Source of the DNA: a virus
Lineage: Duplodnaviria > Heunggongvirae > Uroviricota > Caudoviricetes
Length of the DNA stretch: 64,000 nucleotides
Direction: 5' to 3' (one strand)
IMG/VR virus record: IMGVR_UViG_3300029705_000015
This document shows positions 18,162 through 27,885 of the stretch, one piece after another. Within the stretch, counting starts at the first letter, position 1. Each line of letters begins with the position of its first letter. The position numbers and the translations under genes were made by a program. The notes beneath the pieces are model-generated. The model had not been told where the DNA came from. It saw only the letters and a program-made list of their open reading frames with translations, and did no database searches.

Positions 18162-19352
18162 ATGACTTATACCATCCATTCAATGTTGTTGGAACGCTTC
18201 GAGAACAAACTAAAGAGCTTTCAGCGCAAGTTTGCAAAATATGGTGACGGTAACCTTACTTACACTGTATCAGATCCTTACATCTACGAATTCAACGCAG
18301 ATGTTGAGGGATCCATCGAAGCATTCAACGGACGTGAAGTTATTGATATCAGTGTTGAGGGAGAATACAAGATCAATGATTATGAGTTTGTTGCTTCGCT
18401 TCAGTTTGACGCTGAGTCTGGTCGAAATATTGTTAACGGTGACAACATCCCTGAGAGGTTTTTAACTCGATGTGCATGTGACCACTGCAAAACAAATCGT
18501 TCCAGAATTCGTACTGTTGTTCTTCGTAAAGGTACTGAATACATTCAGGTTGGCAATTCTTGCGTGAAGGATTACCTCGGTGTCAATATTGAAAGATATG
18601 CAAGTTATCTCAGCTTCTGGAAAGATCTCGAAGAGATGGAAGAAGATAACAAGATCATGATTGTATCAGCTCAGCCTGCTTATCTTGTTGAGGATGTCCT
18701 CCTTGAAACTGCTCGTCGTGTTTCTAAGTCTGGATATGTTAGCAAAGAAAAAGCTTGGGAGCTGGAAGTTGATCCTACTTCAAGAGCTGTGTGGAACGCG
18801 TTACACTCAAACACTAAGTATGAATATACAGAGGAGCACAGAGCTGCTGTTACTGCTGTTATTGAGTTTGTTAACAGTCAAGACGAGGATTTTGGTTATG
18901 TTTCTAATCTGAAATCTCTGGTTGGCAATAAATATGTTACCAGTAAGAACTTCGGGTTGCTTGTTAGTTCCTTTGGTTACTATGCAGCTGAAATGCGTAA
19001 GGTTGAAAGGGAGAAAGCTGATAAAGTTACAGCAAACAGCAGCTGGATCAAATCTGTTGGAGATAAGATCAAATTTGTAGCTCAACCTGTTATGATCTAT
19101 TCTATGGAAACTCAGTGGGGCTATTCTTATATGTACAGGTTTGTTATCGATGGTAACGAACTTATCTGGAAAACAGGAACTTGGTTAAATACTGAGATTG
19201 AATATGAAATATCAGGAACGATCAAAGCTCACAATGACTATCGTGGTAAGAAACAAACGGAACTGACTCGTTGCAGAGCACGAGAGATTGCTCGTAAATT
19301 CCACAATGATAAAGTTGAGAATGAGGCTCCTGAATGGTGGAACATGATCTAA
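18162..19352 (+). CDS. phage protein with Zn-binding motif and OB-fold-like C-terminus
   Basis: CDHC...R.R...VGNSCVKDY; C-terminal GTIKAH..YRG.KQT.LTRC. Confidence 0.6.
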   Translation: MTYTIHSMLLERFENKLKSFQRKFAKYGDGNLTYTVSDPYIYEFNADVEGSIEAFNGREVIDISVEGEYKINDYEFVASLQFDAESGRNIVNGDNIPERFLTRCACDHCKTNRSRIRTVVLRKGTEYIQVGNSCVKDYLGVNIERYASYLSFWKDLEEMEEDNKIMIVSAQPAYLVEDVLLETARRVSKSGYVSKEKAWELEVDPTSRAVWNALHSNTKYEYTEEHRAAVTAVIEFVNSQDEDFGYVSNLKSLVGNKYVTSKNFGLLVSSFGYYAAEMRKVEREKADKVTANSSWIKSVGDKIKFVAQPVMIYSMETQWGYSYMYRFVIDGNELIWKTGTWLNTEIEYEISGTIKAHNDYRGKKQTELTRCRAREIARKFHNDKVENEAPEWWNMI

Positions 19353-19382
19353 GTTGATCATCTTGGTAAAATCAACTACAAT
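19352..19382 (+). promoter_or_regulatory. sigmaA-type promoter
   Basis: AG-TTGATC-N17-TACAAT. Confidence 0.65.
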
Positions 19383-19415
19383 TATATTGATATCAAATAC
19401 ATAGGAGGATTTTGT

Positions 19416-19655
19416 ATGACTTTCGTGGGACGTGGCGTTGAGAAGCTGTTACGGGAATGGCGTGTTGAAGCAAAGAATAATCATCTGTGCTTGTATAAGG
19501 GTGAAGGAGACACTTTGATTATCTATACTGATCGCCCTGGTTACATGATTGGAATGCACGGAAATCTTGTTGACAAGTATCGTAAGAAGATTTCTGAAGC
19601 ATCTTTCGGAACCATCAAAAATATCTCGTTTATTGAAACATACGGAATCTTCTAG
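19416..19655 (+). CDS. stand-alone type II KH-domain protein (ribosomal protein S3 KH-like)
   Basis: IIYTDRPGYMIGMHGNLVDKYRKKI resembles the S3 motif I.T.RPG..IG..G..I..L; AGGAGG RBS. Confidence 0.65.
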   Translation: MTFVGRGVEKLLREWRVEAKNNHLCLYKGEGDTLIIYTDRPGYMIGMHGNLVDKYRKKISEASFGTIKNISFIETYGIF

Positions 19656-19788
19656 AGGGAGTCAAAATTGAAAGAAACATTGATTGTTATCGGAGTTGCT
19701 GTTGCAATTTTCAGTGTACTACTTATCTGTAGTTTAATGAAAGTTTCAAGCGACTGTAGCCGTGAGGAAGAGCGGAGGGCAAGAAAGC

Positions 19789-20544
19789 ATGAATTGTCCG
19801 ATATGTAATGAAGAGCTGACCTTACTTAGAGATTGCGACAGTAGTTTCTGTACTACTTATCGGTATGTCTGCCAGAAAGAATCAGTACCACATTTCATGA
19901 CTGAAGCGTATGGTTCAGAACCATACGCAGCACTGGAAGTGCAGAGTGGCAACAGTTTCTCGTCGACAAGTACTACAGCCTACTGGAATCTCAAACTTGG
20001 AGGAGATGTGGTTTGCTCGCATTGTGGAAATGTTGCAGGTACAATGATTAAAGGAAGTGACTACGATGAGATTGTACAGAAGAACAGGTTCTGCAACAAT
20101 TGTGGTCGCAGTATGAGCAAACCCAAAGTTGTCTCAGATGATCTTCCTGCTGTTCCAGAAGCAATCACTGTGGCTGATTACAACAAATTCTATCATAAGT
20201 ATAAGAATCATGCAGAATCTTTTATCAAGTTGCTTGATAGTGCAATTGATAAATGTAATGATTCTCAAGACACAAGAAAGCAACTTGAGTGTATCGGATG
20301 GAGTAAAGAAATTCGGGATACTATCCGTGTTGCACTTGAAATGTATGAACAGATTATGAAATCAAAGTGTGTTGGAAAAGTTGTTAAAAGTCGCTACAGA
20401 GATGTAGTTCTTTGTGAGAACTGTAGTAACTGCATGATTAAAACATCTCAAGGGTACATCTGTAAAACAAAGGGATTGATGCCGTTTGATGGATATTGTT
20501 CTGACGGGCTTGTTGGAAAGGTGCAAGATGGAAAAACTGAGTAA
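19789..20544 (+). CDS. multi-Zn-ribbon hypothetical protein
   Basis: CPIC, CSHC...FCNNCG and CENC...YCSDG motifs. Confidence 0.6.
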   Translation: MNCPICNEELTLLRDCDSSFCTTYRYVCQKESVPHFMTEAYGSEPYAALEVQSGNSFSSTSTTAYWNLKLGGDVVCSHCGNVAGTMIKGSDYDEIVQKNRFCNNCGRSMSKPKVVSDDLPAVPEAITVADYNKFYHKYKNHAESFIKLLDSAIDKCNDSQDTRKQLECIGWSKEIRDTIRVALEMYEQIMKSKCVGKVVKSRYRDVVLCENCSNCMIKTSQGYICKTKGLMPFDGYCSDGLVGKVQDGKTE

Positions 20545-21115
20545 ATTCATTGCTCTGATCCTGAGGCACAAACCAGAAGCCGCAGGAGTTATTCTTGATA
20601 GTAACGGCTGGGCGGATACAGAAAATCTTATTCAAGGAATTCGTAGAACCAAAGACCCTTCATTTACTCTAGAGAAGTTAGCTGAGATTGTTTATACCGA
20701 TGAGAAAGGTCGTTACTCTTTTAGTCATGATCTGCGACGCATTCGTGCAAATCAAGGACACTCAGTTAAAGTTGATGTTGAATTACAAGAAGTAGAGCCT
20801 CCAACATTGTTATATCATGGAACGGCTACAAAATACATCGACTCTATTGAGAAGGAGGGTATCGTCTCAAAATCAAGACTATATGTACATCTTTCGGAAA
20901 CAGTTAATACTGCGACTGAAGTTGGTAAACGGCACGGCAAACCTGTAGTTTACACAGTTCATGCAAAAAAGATGTTCGATCATGGTTATAAATTCTACAA
21001 GTCTGTTAACGGTGTGTGGTTAACAGACAAAGTGCCTACAGACTACTTCGGATACAAGATCTTTGATTGGACAGGTGTTGAGGAAACAGCAGATGAGGTA
21101 TACAACGAAAATTGA
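20528..21115 (+). CDS. kptA: RNA 2'-phosphotransferase (Tpt1/KptA)
   Basis: LSKF...LRH.P...D..GW; RY...RIRANQGHS; LYHGT; YVHLS; G.RHG.P; NGVWL...VP. Confidence 0.93.
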   Translation: MEKLSKFIALILRHKPEAAGVILDSNGWADTENLIQGIRRTKDPSFTLEKLAEIVYTDEKGRYSFSHDLRRIRANQGHSVKVDVELQEVEPPTLLYHGTATKYIDSIEKEGIVSKSRLYVHLSETVNTATEVGKRHGKPVVYTVHAKKMFDHGYKFYKSVNGVWLTDKVPTDYFGYKIFDWTGVEETADEVYNEN

Positions 21116-21350
21116 GCTGCCTGTAGCAACAGCAAAGAGTGGAAACTATGTCTTAACTAAATATGCACTTGAAAAGCTCATAGATCAGCTGAAAACAAGA
21201 TGTAATGTTATCAACATTGAATGGCATGAAGGAAACTGCACTGCAACTATAGAAATGTTTTCTCCAGTGGAACTCGAATCTGAGCCAACATCTTTTGAAT
21301 TGTTTGTTAGGGATATGATTTCCCAAGTAAATAGGAAGAATTTGACATAG
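21093..21350 (+). CDS. hypothetical protein
   Basis: ATG at 21093 with GAGG RBS. Confidence 0.5.
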   Translation: MRYTTKIELPVATAKSGNYVLTKYALEKLIDQLKTRCNVINIEWHEGNCTATIEMFSPVELESEPTSFELFVRDMISQVNRKNLT

Positions 21351-21427
21351 ATTTCTTTTTGAAAAAGTTAACAAGTTAAATTATATATCAGATTCAAAAA
21401 TCTTGCACAACTTAAAGCACAAAGTTT

Positions 21428-21459
21428 GTAGAGCCGCTGAATTCAGCGGCTCTACTTTT
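21428..21459 (+). terminator. intrinsic terminator
   Basis: GTAGAGCCGCTG-AATT-CAGCGGCTCTAC-TTTT. Confidence 0.85.
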
Positions 21460-21461
21460 AT

Positions 21462-21492
21462 AGTTGATTTATCTTTACTGTTAAATTATAAT
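21462..21492 (+). promoter_or_regulatory. sigmaA-type promoter
   Basis: AG-TTGATT-N17-TATAAT. Confidence 0.78.
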
Positions 21493-21518
21493 ATAAGTAT
21501 AATAAGGAGGTATAAACT

Positions 21519-22157
21519 ATGAAATATGCAGTTAATGTTTGTGTAAAAACTACTGAAACCACCAACTGGGACCCAACAGTTACAAACATCAATGATATCC
21601 TTCTTGATTTTGATGGAATCAGTGACGCTTGGTTTATCAATAAGAAACACATCTGTGGTAACGAGTACCTTCTAGAATACTGCGTAGCTGCAGAAACAAT
21701 GCCAATTCCTGGCAACTTGATAAAGACTCTCAAATCTAGATTTCCTGTCTCTCAAGTTAATGTTACAAGATATCACTGGTATAGTAAACAGGAAGAACAG
21801 TTTCAGTGGGTAAACGACGGCATAACAGCTTATTCAGACGGAACCGTTACTCACAACGATACTTGGGATCTTTTTGATGGTGATTACTGTGTCTTAAGTG
21901 TTTACTATATTCCGACCCTTACAAAAGACTGGACAGCAGTAAATCGTAGAAGAAGATTTGAGGAAGCAACATTCTGTTTTGCAACGTCCACCGCGTCAGG
22001 ATTTAATTTACTTGACAGCACGTCGTTAGAGGACGCACTAAAGGAAACAGAAAGAGCATATATCGACCTGATGAAACAGCGGATTGTTGATCAAGAAGCT
22101 AGACTGCAAAAGTTACAGGACACATTGAAAAACTTCAAAGCGTGGGCAACGGAATAA
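21519..22157 (+). CDS. hypothetical protein
   Basis: AAGGAGGT RBS; has its own promoter and terminator. Confidence 0.7.
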   Translation: MKYAVNVCVKTTETTNWDPTVTNINDILLDFDGISDAWFINKKHICGNEYLLEYCVAAETMPIPGNLIKTLKSRFPVSQVNVTRYHWYSKQEEQFQWVNDGITAYSDGTVTHNDTWDLFDGDYCVLSVYYIPTLTKDWTAVNRRRRFEEATFCFATSTASGFNLLDSTSLEDALKETERAYIDLMKQRIVDQEARLQKLQDTLKNFKAWATE

Positions 22158-22158
22158 C

Positions 22159-22187
22159 AATGAGCGGCAACTTAGTTGCCGCTCATT
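22159..22187 (+). terminator. hairpin, probable terminator
   Basis: AATGAGCGGCAAC-TTA-GTTGCCGCTCATT 13-bp stem; weak T tail. Confidence 0.65.
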
Positions 22188-22192
22188 CCATA

Positions 22193-22223
22193 AGTTGATA
22201 AACTTGAACAAATCATATATCAT
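22193..22223 (+). promoter_or_regulatory. sigmaA-type promoter
   Basis: AG-TTGATA-N17-TATCAT. Confidence 0.6.
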
Positions 22224-22283
22224 TGAAATGAAAATATCCGTATATTGTATATTTTTATATATGTATACCAAGAAGAGGGATTG

Positions 22284-22646
22284 ATGAGTAACGCAGTAAT
22301 CATCCGAGCTGAAAAACGACAAAATTATTCAATCATGAATAATCAGATCGGGCAAACAACAAATATTTCTTGCAGGGCGATTGGACTATACCATAAACTG
22401 ATGACTCTTCCACCGCAGTGGAACTATTCTATAAGTGGGCTTGCAAAGATTTGTAAAGAAAGCGAAGCAACAGTTCAATCGATGTTAAAAGAACTACAGG
22501 AGTTCGGATACATTGAAATCAACAAGAAATATCCGTCAAAAGAAACAAAAGGTAGAATACAGTTTGAATATATTCTACATGAAACATCTATAACTCCAGA
22601 GAAGTTAGAGACTTTTGTTGACTGGTCAAAGATGCAGAAAGATTAG
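22284..22646 (+). CDS. phage replication-initiator-like winged-HTH protein (N-terminal domain only)
   Basis: IR.EK..NYSIM.N...S.RA.GL...L.LP..W.YS..GLA..CKES...V.S.LKEL...GYI. Confidence 0.7.
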   Translation: MSNAVIIRAEKRQNYSIMNNQIGQTTNISCRAIGLYHKLMTLPPQWNYSISGLAKICKESEATVQSMLKELQEFGYIEINKKYPSKETKGRIQFEYILHETSITPEKLETFVDWSKMQKD

Positions 22647-22799
22647 AATACAAGCCCCCGAAAAACAACCTCTTGTATTACAACCGTTTGTATTTTTAGG
22701 GCAATATATTATATAATTATAAAGTAAATAAAATATATAATAATGTTATTACATAACATTATTAAGAGGTTTATGAAAACCTCTAAGAAAGGGTAACTT

Positions 22800-22994
22800 G
22801 TGACTGATAAAATATTCACATTACTGTACAGTTTTAGCAAGACATTCTCCATGTTATTCTGTGTACTTCTATTTGCAATGACTGGTACTGCCGAGGGAGT
22901 GTGTCTTTGTGGAATCTTTTCTGTTGTAATCTTTGTTATAGAATTGAGTTCTGTACTAAGTAGTGGTAAAAAGCATAAGGGTCGTAAAAAATGA
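22800..22994 (+). CDS. small membrane protein
   Basis: Two hydrophobic segments and a basic tail; stop overlaps the next start. Confidence 0.5.
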   Translation: MTDKIFTLLYSFSKTFSMLFCVLLFAMTGTAEGVCLCGIFSVVIFVIELSSVLSSGKKHKGRKK

Positions 22995-25900
22995 AAATTA
23001 GAAAATTACATGAAGATAATGAGCTTGAAAAGCGAGCAAAACAGCAGAGAAAATATGGTAAAGGGTTGAGTCCCTTCTGTACTTTGAATCCTGATGCAGG
23101 AAATGTTGAACACAATGTGGCGATGTTTAACACGATGAATAGTCCGATTGAGGGTCCTTCAAACAATCCTGTTAGTGGTCCTCATGGTGGGGACGTGTCC
23201 GCTGGAGTTGCCGAGTCACTTCAGGAAAGCGCTGAATTCATTGAATTACATTATGATAATCTTGAAGTTACAATTGTCACTCGCCCTGCAAAAGCTCCAA
23301 GTTATCATTTTGAATATGATCGTGATGAAGCACAGACTGTTGAAGAAAAGATTGCTCACGATTATTCTGTTCCCAAGAAAAACATTGTTGAGTTCTTGAT
23401 GGAAAACATCACCGATGAAGATCTTGAAAATATTGAAGATGTAAATGATAAAGAACTTGAAGAGTTTGTTGAAAAGAACTTCGATAAACTATTTGATAAA
23501 TATGAATTACAAATTCTTGATAATTTTAGAGATGACGCAAGGGAGGATGCAGAAAGACATATGAACGAGTCATTGAGCACTGCACTAACAGAAGAGGTTG
23601 GTAAGATTAGAACTTTCTTGCAATCTCTACACTTGAAGGAAGATTACTCAAGAAAAGAGTTGACAGAAGATTCAATTTCAAGATTGATGTCTTTGAAAGA
23701 TCTGCATGAAAAATATTCTCAGATTGATGATACAGTTCATATGAGTAAGATTGTTGAGAAGATGGCGACAATCTTATCAGAATGCTCAGATTTGAATCTA
23801 ACGGAGTCAAGTGGTGAGTATGTTATCATGGCTGTTACCAAAGAGGGAAAGAAACAGTACTACAATATGTCGTCTGTGCCTCACTGGGTGGATAAAGGAG
23901 CTGATGCAACAATCTTTGATGATATGGATGAAGCTCGTGCTGTTTGGTTTAAGATTGATCAGAAACCATTCAAGCGAGTCATGATTCCAAACTACGATCA
24001 TGAGTTGATGAATGAGACTCTTACACCTGTTGATGTTGATATGATGTATCGTAGAGATATGCTTCGTGATCGCATTTCCTTCATGATGGATTACACTGTT
24101 GGAAAATATTTTCAAACACTACCCCACAATCTTGACGGCTATCGCGTTAACACAAAGTCAGGTCATCCCATTATGAAACTTGAATTTGATACATCTAACC
24201 CTGAATCAGATGATATTATTTTTACAGTCGACGGTAAGAAGAAACAAGTTTTCAAAACTGAGCGCGATGCAGCAAAAGCAATCATTGATCTAGCACGCAG
24301 AACACATTTTAGTTCATTTGATGTTGCTGTCGAGAGTGTTGAACTAGATGATGACATTCATTCCGATTGTTTGGGAGAATCAATTCCTGATGATTGGACT
24401 AACTACAACGGTGCTTGGATCTATCCTGTGTATGATGGCTGGGAAGGTAATCTTGATGGTTTACACTATTCTGCAGATACAGAGGAAGAACTAAAGGCAA
24501 AGATTGATAGAGCAATCAAAGATGGTTGGACTAAAAATGATAAATTGAAACAGTATTTCAAAGAGAGTTTTATTTTTGGCGATGATGAGGATGTATTCAA
24601 TGATTCCTCTGATTATGAATATGTTTCTAGTAAGTCCGTGATGGATTCCGATGGATTCTATACTGATTACACTTGGTACAAGCACACTGACGGAACTCAT
24701 GTGTTTGTATTTGGTGACAGTGATATTTATAAGCCTGAAGATGGTTACTTTGATCACACCTGTGACAGTGAGTCAGAAGCAGCTGAGTGGTTTGCAAGTT
24801 ATAGAGGCTTCGATGAGGACATTCTTGAAGACACAGAATCTGATGTTACTCATCTTAAACTTAGCGGAAATATGATTGAGATTCCTATTGAGGACAACTC
24901 AGAAGTTGGTGAGCTTGGTCATCCAATTCAGCAAGGAATCGGTGATCCAAGACGTAAGAAAGAAGTTGTTTCAGAAGCCACTGCAACTTTGGAAAGACCT
25001 CTTTCAAATCTTAGCGGTACATTATCAAGTGTACTTCTAGCTCATAAAGATGAAGTTGATACTTTATTTGATAGAGCTGATGCAATTGAGTTCCTTGACC
25101 GAATTCTTCCTGAAGTGAAGAGTAAAGCTTATGTAATGAGAGTTAAGCAAGACATCTTAAAGAGTCGTCGCAGTCCTGTTGAATATTTTTATAACATTAT
25201 TCTGAAGGGCGATGGTGACGGAACCGACAAGGGCGGCGCTGTTACAAAGAAGGCTCAAGTTCGTAAGTGGGCAAGAGAGAATTTGAATGAAGCAATGTGG
25301 GAGAAGGGTGATTCTATAACACTCTGGTGGAAAGATCCAAGTTGGGATAAGAATACTCCTTGTTATGCTTCTTGCACATATGTAGGTAGAACTCGTGACG
25401 GCAAGTACAAGTTTGAATCTGATACTTATGGTTGGATGTATCTACTTGATTTAGAAAATAAGAAAATTACTACACCTCGTGGAAAGGTGTTCGATGTTTG
25501 GAACGACAGCGGTTGGCTACATGAAAATGTAGAAACAGTTGTCAAATATCCTAACGGTATGCCTGTCACAGATGTTGATCTTGAGCGTGCATTAGATTAC
25601 ATGTACGGAACAGATCGTGATCCTGAGTGGACTTATACTGATGCGGAAATGCAGAAAGCTGTTTACTACTGGATGGATAAGACTGATCCTCGTCCTGATG
25701 GGAAGTCTTACATGAATGAAAATTACAGAATTCAGTTCTACCAGATTTTCAAAAATCCTGAAAAGCCAACTGACAACGGCAAGATGATTGCTCAAGCAGG
25801 AACCGAAGAGGAAGCAAAAGCAAAGGGTGATAAGTTAGTTGGTAAAGGTAACTACTTACTTAAAGCTGTTTGTGATGATGGCAAAGTTCGTGATGTAGAT

Positions 25901-27115
25901 CTTTACAGCTACTTTAATGAATCGATGTTAGATGAAGATGTTGATGATTGGTCACTATCTGTGTATGACGATGATATATTGTTAAAAGACAATCTCTGGA
26001 GTGTATCAGATGCGCTAGAGTTTATTCATGTAAACGGTGGTAACATTATCAAAGTAGATGCTCCTGATGCAGAGTCTCGAATCATCTGGAAAGATGGAAA
26101 GTCAGTTGGTACTGGTTTCATTGGTATGGACTACGATGCGGATATGAATACAATCTATGCAGCTGATGGTGAGGACGTCCCTACTCATGAGCCTGCCAAG
26201 ACATTCGATGTTCATAAGTGGCTCTATGGTGAAGAGCTTGATGATACTTTAACTGAGTCAAGATCCATCAGAGCTGGTGATAGAGTGCAGATGGATTACT
26301 ACATGAAGTTGAATAACGGTGCCATTGGAACATGCACAGGAAGAATCGGTGAGCTCTGTTATATCACCTGGGATGATGGCACAAAATCAAAGGAAATTAC
26401 AAGTTATTTGAAACTTATTGAAAATGAGAGCCCCATTAACGAGTGGTATGAATTTAGTGACGACGATGTTGAAGATGATCTGATGCACGCCGCTGTTTAT
26501 GGTGGTGACAGCAAATATTGCAGAGTTTGTGGTTCAGTAAAAGAATACGATGAAGATGGATTTGCTTTCTGTCCTGAATGTGAGAAAGATACGCTTGATG
26601 AGGCTCTTGCTATAGGAGACAAAGTACAGATAAGCACACCAGGTAATGCTGCTTATGATGGACGACAAGGTGTAGTAGATTACGTTGGTGATGTTATAAC
26701 AGTTCTATTTTCTGATGGTGTATCTCCTAAGATGAATAACTTTGATCCTCATCAAGTAAAGAAGTTGAATGAATTATTATCAAATAAAAATACTGAGCTT
26801 GATGAAGCATCTTACGGCGGAGCATTTGATATTAGAGATGATCAATATTTCATGAGAGATGATCTTGTTGACTGTGCTGAAAAGGTTGTTGATCATCTTA
26901 ACGAAACATTCGATGATACATTTGAGATTGTCGATCTTGCAATGGAAGGTAATGTTCTTGTTCTTGGAGTTGAGGGCAAGAAACTTGGAAACTATGAGGA
27001 TCGTTGCACAATTGATATGAGAAAGATTCGTGTTCCTTCTGATTTAACTAACAAGTATTCTCTTGATATTGCTTCAAGATTGATTGCACAGATTAAATCT
27101 TGCAACGACATGTGA
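22991..27115 (+). CDS. large acidic multi-module protein (putative capsid-internal polyprotein)
   Basis: 1374 aa of short unrelated modules (SH3/Tudor-like barrels, Zn ribbon) separated by [LMIF]-x-E motifs. Confidence 0.6.
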   Translation: MKIRKLHEDNELEKRAKQQRKYGKGLSPFCTLNPDAGNVEHNVAMFNTMNSPIEGPSNNPVSGPHGGDVSAGVAESLQESAEFIELHYDNLEVTIVTRPAKAPSYHFEYDRDEAQTVEEKIAHDYSVPKKNIVEFLMENITDEDLENIEDVNDKELEEFVEKNFDKLFDKYELQILDNFRDDAREDAERHMNESLSTALTEEVGKIRTFLQSLHLKEDYSRKELTEDSISRLMSLKDLHEKYSQIDDTVHMSKIVEKMATILSECSDLNLTESSGEYVIMAVTKEGKKQYYNMSSVPHWVDKGADATIFDDMDEARAVWFKIDQKPFKRVMIPNYDHELMNETLTPVDVDMMYRRDMLRDRISFMMDYTVGKYFQTLPHNLDGYRVNTKSGHPIMKLEFDTSNPESDDIIFTVDGKKKQVFKTERDAAKAIIDLARRTHFSSFDVAVESVELDDDIHSDCLGESIPDDWTNYNGAWIYPVYDGWEGNLDGLHYSADTEEELKAKIDRAIKDGWTKNDKLKQYFKESFIFGDDEDVFNDSSDYEYVSSKSVMDSDGFYTDYTWYKHTDGTHVFVFGDSDIYKPEDGYFDHTCDSESEAAEWFASYRGFDEDILEDTESDVTHLKLSGNMIEIPIEDNSEVGELGHPIQQGIGDPRRKKEVVSEATATLERPLSNLSGTLSSVLLAHKDEVDTLFDRADAIEFLDRILPEVKSKAYVMRVKQDILKSRRSPVEYFYNIILKGDGDGTDKGGAVTKKAQVRKWARENLNEAMWEKGDSITLWWKDPSWDKNTPCYASCTYVGRTRDGKYKFESDTYGWMYLLDLENKKITTPRGKVFDVWNDSGWLHENVETVVKYPNGMPVTDVDLERALDYMYGTDRDPEWTYTDAEMQKAVYYWMDKTDPRPDGKSYMNENYRIQFYQIFKNPEKPTDNGKMIAQAGTEEEAKAKGDKLVGKGNYLLKAVCDDGKVRDVDLYSYFNESMLDEDVDDWSLSVYDDDILLKDNLWSVSDALEFIHVNGGNIIKVDAPDAESRIIWKDGKSVGTGFIGMDYDADMNTIYAADGEDVPTHEPAKTFDVHKWLYGEELDDTLTESRSIRAGDRVQMDYYMKLNNGAIGTCTGRIGELCYITWDDGTKSKEITSYLKLIENESPINEWYEFSDDDVEDDLMHAAVYGGDSKYCRVCGSVKEYDEDGFAFCPECEKDTLDEALAIGDKVQISTPGNAAYDGRQGVVDYVGDVITVLFSDGVSPKMNNFDPHQVKKLNELLSNKNTELDEASYGGAFDIRDDQYFMRDDLVDCAEKVVDHLNETFDDTFEIVDLAMEGNVLVLGVEGKKLGNYEDRCTIDMRKIRVPSDLTNKYSLDIASRLIAQIKSCNDM

Positions 27116-27125
27116 GGTGCTTAAG

Positions 27126-27788
27126 ATGGCCGACTATGTAGATGTTTCAACACTTGAAGTTAAAGAAAATAGATATCATGATCTAGATATGTTCTATGAC
27201 AACAAGCGCATGTTTGCTGACAGAGAGAAGGACAGTGCTGAACTCCTTGATTTTCTCGATCAGTTAAACAATGCAGGAGTTGATTACGAGGAGTACAAGC
27301 ATAAAACCGATCCAGGATGTACAATTTTCTATGACGACAATAAATCATTAACAGAGGCAAGAGACTTTAACAAAGTCCAGAAAAGAATTGCTCGTGTTGG
27401 TGAATTTGATAATGGTTATGTAATGCATTCTGATTGGAAAGTAATGTCCATTGAGGATTCAGAAGAACAGGCCAGGATGAGGTCGTTAGAGAATCCCGAT
27501 GATGTTTTCTATGTACAGTACGATGACATCATGAATCCAAGTTCAGATATCAAGTGGAAAGCTGGTAAGCAACTTCAGGAGCAAGAACATGATAAGCCTC
27601 TTTTTATCATAAAAGATTCAAAAGGTAATCAGTTATCCGCACCGAATCCTGATGACGAAGAGCTATGGGATAGAGTAGCATCAATGGAGGCAAGAGGAAG
27701 ACGCGGTCTATGTGTTGTTGCATATACTGGCAAAAAACTTTCTGAAGATACTGAATTTGATGATGATGTAAGTTCCATATCATATTGA
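27126..27788 (+). CDS. acidic multi-module protein (putative capsid cargo)
   Basis: GAGGTG RBS; SLTEAR, QLQEQ and KLSED linkers. Confidence 0.55.
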   Translation: MADYVDVSTLEVKENRYHDLDMFYDNKRMFADREKDSAELLDFLDQLNNAGVDYEEYKHKTDPGCTIFYDDNKSLTEARDFNKVQKRIARVGEFDNGYVMHSDWKVMSIEDSEEQARMRSLENPDDVFYVQYDDIMNPSSDIKWKAGKQLQEQEHDKPLFIIKDSKGNQLSAPNPDDEELWDRVASMEARGRRGLCVVAYTGKKLSEDTEFDDDVSSISY

Positions 27789-27802
27789 AAGTATAGAGTT
27801 GT

Positions 27803-27838
27803 AAGAGCCGAGCTGTTGTTGTAAGCTCGGCTCTTCTT
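27803..27838 (+). terminator. intrinsic terminator
   Basis: AAGAGCCGAGCT/AGCTCGGCTCTT 12-bp stem. Confidence 0.7.
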
Positions 27839-27885
27839 GTATATATTTATAACAGTATATCATACTCAGGAGGTCAAGATATAGA

